From positions 1 to 64,000 of the forward strand of contig CAWFFN010000005.1 in assembly GCA_963815115.1 (NCBI GenBank): a stretch of 64,000 nt of DNA. Direction: 5' to 3'. The translations under genes and the position numbers were made by a program. The stretch is from an uncultured delta proteobacterium (GTDB lineage: Bacteria > Desulfobacterota > Binatia > DP-6). Position 1 is the stretch's first letter. Each line of letters starts with the position of its first letter. The notes beneath the pieces were generated by a model. That model did not search any database and had not been told where the DNA came from. It saw only the letters and a program-made list of their open reading frames with translations. Of this stretch, positions 59,868 to 64,000 are shown in pieces.

Positions 59868-60512
59868 ATGGAGATCGATCCCCCCCGCCTCGTAGCGCAG
59901 CTCGCGGCCGGCGTCATCCTCGCCGACGGCCGCGTCACCGCTGACGAGATGGATGAGCTTGGCCTCTTGGACGAGCTCGGACTCGGGACCCTGTCGGGAC
60001 TCGTAGAGGAGGAGATGCGGGGCGCTCCGCAGCGGCCCATCGACGTACGCACCACGTGCCGCTTGTTGCGGGAGCAGTTCCCGGACGCGGCGCCGACGAT
60101 TCTCGCCGCCCTCGCTGCGATCGCTGCCGCCGACCAAGACCTGTCGGAGGCCGAGCTGGAGGTGCTTGCCGAGGTGGGCTCCGACCTGGGTCTCGCTCCC
60201 CCAGAGGCCGAGCGTATCCTTGATGCGGTATTCCGCATTGTGGAGCCCGAGACTACAGCGCCAGCCCCGCCGCAGCCGGCCGCGCACCCCCCGCTCGATC
60301 CCCGGCTTGGCCGCGCACTGCTCGTGCTCGGGCTGGACACCCTGACCGGGCGTGCCGACCTCGACCTGAGCTACCGGCGCCTGATCGAGCGCTACGACCC
60401 CGCGAAGGTCATCGAGCTGGGCCCCGATTTCGCAGCCGTCGCGGTGCGCAAGCTGGCGGAAGTGACAGACGCCTATCGGCTCGCAGTGGAGGCCCTGCAG
60501 TCGCAGGATTGA
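59868..60512 (+). CDS. TerB plus degenerate J-domain (DjlA-like) protein
   Basis: [24 protein letters not shown]...[13 protein letters not shown]...KLAEVTDAY. Confidence 0.78.
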   Translation: MEIDPPRLVAQLAAGVILADGRVTADEMDELGLLDELGLGTLSGLVEEEMRGAPQRPIDVRTTCRLLREQFPDAAPTILAALAAIAAADQDLSEAELEVLAEVGSDLGLAPPEAERILDAVFRIVEPETTAPAPPQPAAHPPLDPRLGRALLVLGLDTLTGRADLDLSYRRLIERYDPAKVIELGPDFAAVAVRKLAEVTDAYRLAVEALQSQD

Positions 60513-62302
60513 GTACGGCCAGTATTTCGGACGAGCGGGAATTGGTGGATCGACTGCCTGTCATCAAGAAGACACTCCACGGCGTGCCAAATCTCGTCGA
60601 CTACGACGCAGCGTGCCGAATATTCCGCTGGGAAGAGGCGCGCTCGGAGCTCACGGGCTTGCCTGGCGGTCACGGACTCAACATTGCTCACGAGGCCGTC
60701 GACCGGCACGCCGCGGGACCGCGGCGTGACCACGTCGCCCTCCGCTGGCTCGGACGCACCGGCGAGGTGCACGACGTGACGTTCGACGAGTTGCGGTCGC
60801 TGACGAACCGGTTCGCCAACGTGCTCGCCGAGCTCGGCATCCGGGCGGGCGATCGTGTGTTCGCTCTCGCCGGCCGCATCCCGGAGCTGTACCTGGCGGC
60901 GCTGGGCACTCTCAAGCATCGCGCGGTCTTCTGTCCGCTCTTTTCCGCGTTCGGACCCGAGCCCATCCGTGCCCGGCTCGCCATCGGCGAGGCGCGCGTG
61001 CTGGTCACCACCGAGTCGCTCTATCGCCGCAAGGTGCAAGCGTTGCGTGCCGCGCTCCCCACGCTCGAGCACGTCTTGCTGGTTGGTGATGAGGGTGGGC
61101 CGACGGCCATCGCCCACACGGACGACCTGGGTGCCCGGATGGCCGCAGCGGGCGACGCGTACGAGATCGATCCGACGTCGCCCGAGGATCTGGCGCTGCT
61201 CCACTTCACCAGCGGCACCACCGGGACGCCCAAGGGGGCCATGCACGTGCACGAGGCGGTCGTTGCGCACCACGTGACGGGCCGGCTCGCCCTCGATCTG
61301 CACCCCGACGACGTCTTCTGGTGCACGGCCGATCCCGGCTGGGTGACGGGAACGTCCTACGGCATCGTGGCGCCGCTCACGAACGGCGTGACCAGCGTCG
61401 TCGACGAGCGCGAGTTCGACGTCGAGCGTTGGTACCGCACGCTCCAGGACCAGCGCGTGACCGTGTGGTACACGGCGCCGACCGCGATCCGCATGCTCAT
61501 GAAGGCGGGGAGCGAGGTCGTCCGCCCGTATGATCTGTCGGCGCTTCGCTTTCTCGCCAGCGTCGGCGAGCCCCTCAATGCCGAGGCCGTGGTCTGGAGC
61601 CACGAGACGTTCGGTATCCCCTTCCACGACAACTGGTGGCAGACGGAGACGGGCGGCATCATGATCGCGAACTTCCTCGCCATGGACGTGCGGCCAGGGT
61701 CGATGGGCCGCCCGCTTCCCGGGGTCGAGGCCGCGATCGTCCGGCGCCGCGGTCCGGAGCATGTCGAGGTCGTCGCGGAGCCGGACGTGCAGGGCGAGCT
61801 GGCGCTGCGAGCGGGCTGGCCGTCGATGTTCCGCGGCTACTGGGGTGAGCCCGAGCGCTATCGTAAGTGCTTCGCGGATGGCTGGTATCTGACGGGCGAC
61901 CTTGCGCGGCGGGACGCCGACGGCTGGTTCTGGTTCGTCGGTCGTGCCGACGACGTCATCAAGACCTCGGGCCACCTGATCGGGCCCTTCGAGGTCGAGA
62001 GCGTGCTCATGGAGCATCCGGCAGTCGCCGAGGCGGGGGTGATCGGGAAGCCGGACCCGATGGCGATGGAGGTGGTGAAGGCCTTCGTGTCGCTCCGGCG
62101 CGGCTTCGAACCCGGCCCCGAGCTGCGCCGCGAGCTGCTGGGCTTCGCGCGTAAGCGCCTCGGCGCCGTGGTGGCGCCGAAAGAGATCGATTTTGCGGCC
62201 TCGCTGCCGAAGACGCGCAGCGGAAAGATCATGCGACGCCTGCTCCGCGCCCGCGAGCTCGGGCTGCCCGAAGGCGACACCTCGACGCTGGAAGAGGGAT
62301 GA
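60509..62302 (+). CDS. acsA: Acetate-CoA ligase
   Basis: [43 protein letters not shown]; exact start uncertain. Confidence 0.93.
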   Translation: MSTASISDERELVDRLPVIKKTLHGVPNLVDYDAACRIFRWEEARSELTGLPGGHGLNIAHEAVDRHAAGPRRDHVALRWLGRTGEVHDVTFDELRSLTNRFANVLAELGIRAGDRVFALAGRIPELYLAALGTLKHRAVFCPLFSAFGPEPIRARLAIGEARVLVTTESLYRRKVQALRAALPTLEHVLLVGDEGGPTAIAHTDDLGARMAAAGDAYEIDPTSPEDLALLHFTSGTTGTPKGAMHVHEAVVAHHVTGRLALDLHPDDVFWCTADPGWVTGTSYGIVAPLTNGVTSVVDEREFDVERWYRTLQDQRVTVWYTAPTAIRMLMKAGSEVVRPYDLSALRFLASVGEPLNAEAVVWSHETFGIPFHDNWWQTETGGIMIANFLAMDVRPGSMGRPLPGVEAAIVRRRGPEHVEVVAEPDVQGELALRAGWPSMFRGYWGEPERYRKCFADGWYLTGDLARRDADGWFWFVGRADDVIKTSGHLIGPFEVESVLMEHPAVAEAGVIGKPDPMAMEVVKAFVSLRRGFEPGPELRRELLGFARKRLGAVVAPKEIDFAASLPKTRSGKIMRRLLRARELGLPEGDTSTLEEG

Positions 62303-63267
62303 TCGAGCGCACGCACGGGCACAGGCTCCTGCGCGAGATGATGCGCATCAGGCGCTTCGAGGAGAGGGCGGTGGAGCTCTACCAGCTCGGGAAGATCCGC
62401 GGCTTCCTCCATCTGTACATCGGCGAGGAGGCGGTGGCCGTCGGTGCGCTCGCAGCGCTCGCGCCCGAGGACAACATCGTCTCCCATTACCGCGAGCACG
62501 GCCACGCGCTGGCGCGGGGCGTGCCGATGCCCGCCTGCATGGCTGAGCTCTACGGCAAGGCCACGGGCGTGAGCCGCGGCCGGGGCGGGTCGATGCATTT
62601 CTTCGACGTCGGGCGGCGGTTCTACGGTGGTTTCGCGATCGTCGGCGGGATGCTGCCGATCGCGGTCGGGCTCGCGCTGGCCGACCGGATGTCGGGGCGG
62701 CGCGCGGTGACCGCGTGCATGTTCGGTGACGGGGCGGTGGCGGAGGGCGAGTTCCATGAGTCACTCAACCTGGCGGCGCTGTGGGAACTGCCCGTGCTCT
62801 TTCTCTGCGAGAACAACCGCTACGCCATGGGCACGGCGCTCGCGCGCCACCAGTCGCAGACCGACATCAGTCGCAAGGCCGACGCCTACGCCATGGCGGC
62901 GGAGGTGGTGGACGGCATGGACGCGCTCGCCGTCGAGGAAGCCGTGCGGCGCGCGGTGGAGCGCATCCGCGAGAGTCGGCGCCCGTTCCTGCTCGAGGCG
63001 CGCACGTACCGTTTCCGCGCGCACTCGATGTACGACCCGGAGCTGTACCGCTCGAAGGAGGAGGTCGAGGACTGGAAGCGCCGCGATCCTATCCCGGCGC
63101 TGGCGGCGCGGCTCAGCGCCGACGGGCTCCTCACCCGGGTGGAGCTCGACGCCCTGGGGGCCGCCGCCGACGGCGAGGTCGCCGAGGCGGTGGCAGCCGC
63201 CGAGGCAGCCCCGTGGGAGCCCGTGAGCGACCTCGCGCGCGACGTCTACGGCGAGGGTGGTGCGTGA
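62299..63267 (+). CDS. pdhA: Pyruvate dehydrogenase-type E1 alpha subunit
   Basis: [25 protein letters not shown]...[11 protein letters not shown]. Confidence 0.93.
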   Translation: MIERTHGHRLLREMMRIRRFEERAVELYQLGKIRGFLHLYIGEEAVAVGALAALAPEDNIVSHYREHGHALARGVPMPACMAELYGKATGVSRGRGGSMHFFDVGRRFYGGFAIVGGMLPIAVGLALADRMSGRRAVTACMFGDGAVAEGEFHESLNLAALWELPVLFLCENNRYAMGTALARHQSQTDISRKADAYAMAAEVVDGMDALAVEEAVRRAVERIRESRRPFLLEARTYRFRAHSMYDPELYRSKEEVEDWKRRDPIPALAARLSADGLLTRVELDALGAAADGEVAEAVAAAEAAPWEPVSDLARDVYGEGGA

Positions 63268-64000
63268 CGACCGCGACCTACCGCGATGCGGTCCGCTCGG
63301 CGCTGCGACGGGCGCTGCGCGACGATTCGCGCGTGTTCCTCATGGGCGAGGACGTCGGCCGGTACGGAGGCGCCTACGCCGTTAGCCATGGGCTGCTCGA
63401 GGAGTTCGGTCCCGAGCGGGTGCGCGATACGCCGCTCTCGGAATCCGCCTTCGTCGGCGCCGGCATCGGCGCGGCGTTGGGTGGGATGCGCCCAATCGTC
63501 GAGGTGATGACGGTCAATTTCAGCTTGCTCGCCCTCGATCAGATCGTGAACCACGCGGCACTGCTGCGGCACATGTCGGGCGGCCAGGTGTCGGTACCGC
63601 TCGTCATCCGCATGGCGACCGGCGCGGGACGGCAGGTGGCCGCGCAGCACTCCCACAGCTTCGAGGGGTGGTACGCCCATGTCCCGGGCCTCACGGTCCT
63701 CGCCCCCGCCACGCCGCAGGATGCGCGCGACATGGTGCTGGGCGCGCTGCGTGAGCGCGACCCGGTGATTGTCTTCGAGCACGTCATGCTCTACGGCACC
63801 GAGGGTCCGCTCGATGAGGACGCGGCGCCCGCGCCGATTCGTGGCGCGGCCATCCGACGTGCGGGACGGGACGTCACGCTGGTCACCTCCGGCGGCTCGC
63901 TCCGGAAGACGCTCGCCGCCGCGGAGCGGCTGGCGGGCACCGGCGTCGAAGCCGAGGTGATCGACCTGCGCGCGCTCCGCCCCCTCGACACGGCGACCGT
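63264..64000 (+). CDS. pdhB: Pyruvate dehydrogenase-type E1 beta subunit (runs off the window)
   Basis: [31 protein letters not shown]; GTG start overlaps the pdhA stop. Confidence 0.93.
   Translation, partial: MTTATYRDAVRSALRRALRDDSRVFLMGEDVGRYGGAYAVSHGLLEEFGPERVRDTPLSESAFVGAGIGAALGGMRPIVEVMTVNFSLLALDQIVNHAALLRHMSGGQVSVPLVIRMATGAGRQVAAQHSHSFEGWYAHVPGLTVLAPATPQDARDMVLGALRERDPVIVFEHVMLYGTEGPLDEDAAPAPIRGAAIRRAGRDVTLVTSGGSLRKTLAAAERLAGTGVEAEVIDLRALRPLDTAT

Overview
GC-rich bacterial window. Two protein remnants suggest a Candidatus Binatia-like host, which is an inference. Almost all of it is one stress/dormancy-type accessory island: universal stress proteins, BON, CBS, Hsp20, HPF-cold-shock, site-2 protease, phosphoribosyltransferase/hydrolase pairs, P-type ATPases, c-type cytochromes, a 2832-aa cyclic beta-1,2-glucan synthase-like protein, prs, and acs-pdhA-pdhB. 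Many genes occur as two diverged copies. Many others are broken by frameshifts, nonsense codons, large internal deletions or four IS remnants (IS1380, IS110, ISNCY/IS1202 group, IS21). Most notable: (1) an intact ParB-like/HTH-GAF-histidine kinase fusion whose gene contains a perfect 17-bp inverted repeat; (2) about 14 sigma54 -24/-12 motifs in front of island genes, five with tandem TCTCA-N4-TGAGA-like sites at conserved spacing and several apparently near-leaderless; (3) two TRASH/YHS-USP fusions, a TerB-like protein with an IF1/zeta-like N-terminus, and an archaeal-type CarS homolog. No rRNA, tRNA or CRISPR array was seen. All calls come from reading motifs by eye; no database searches were run.
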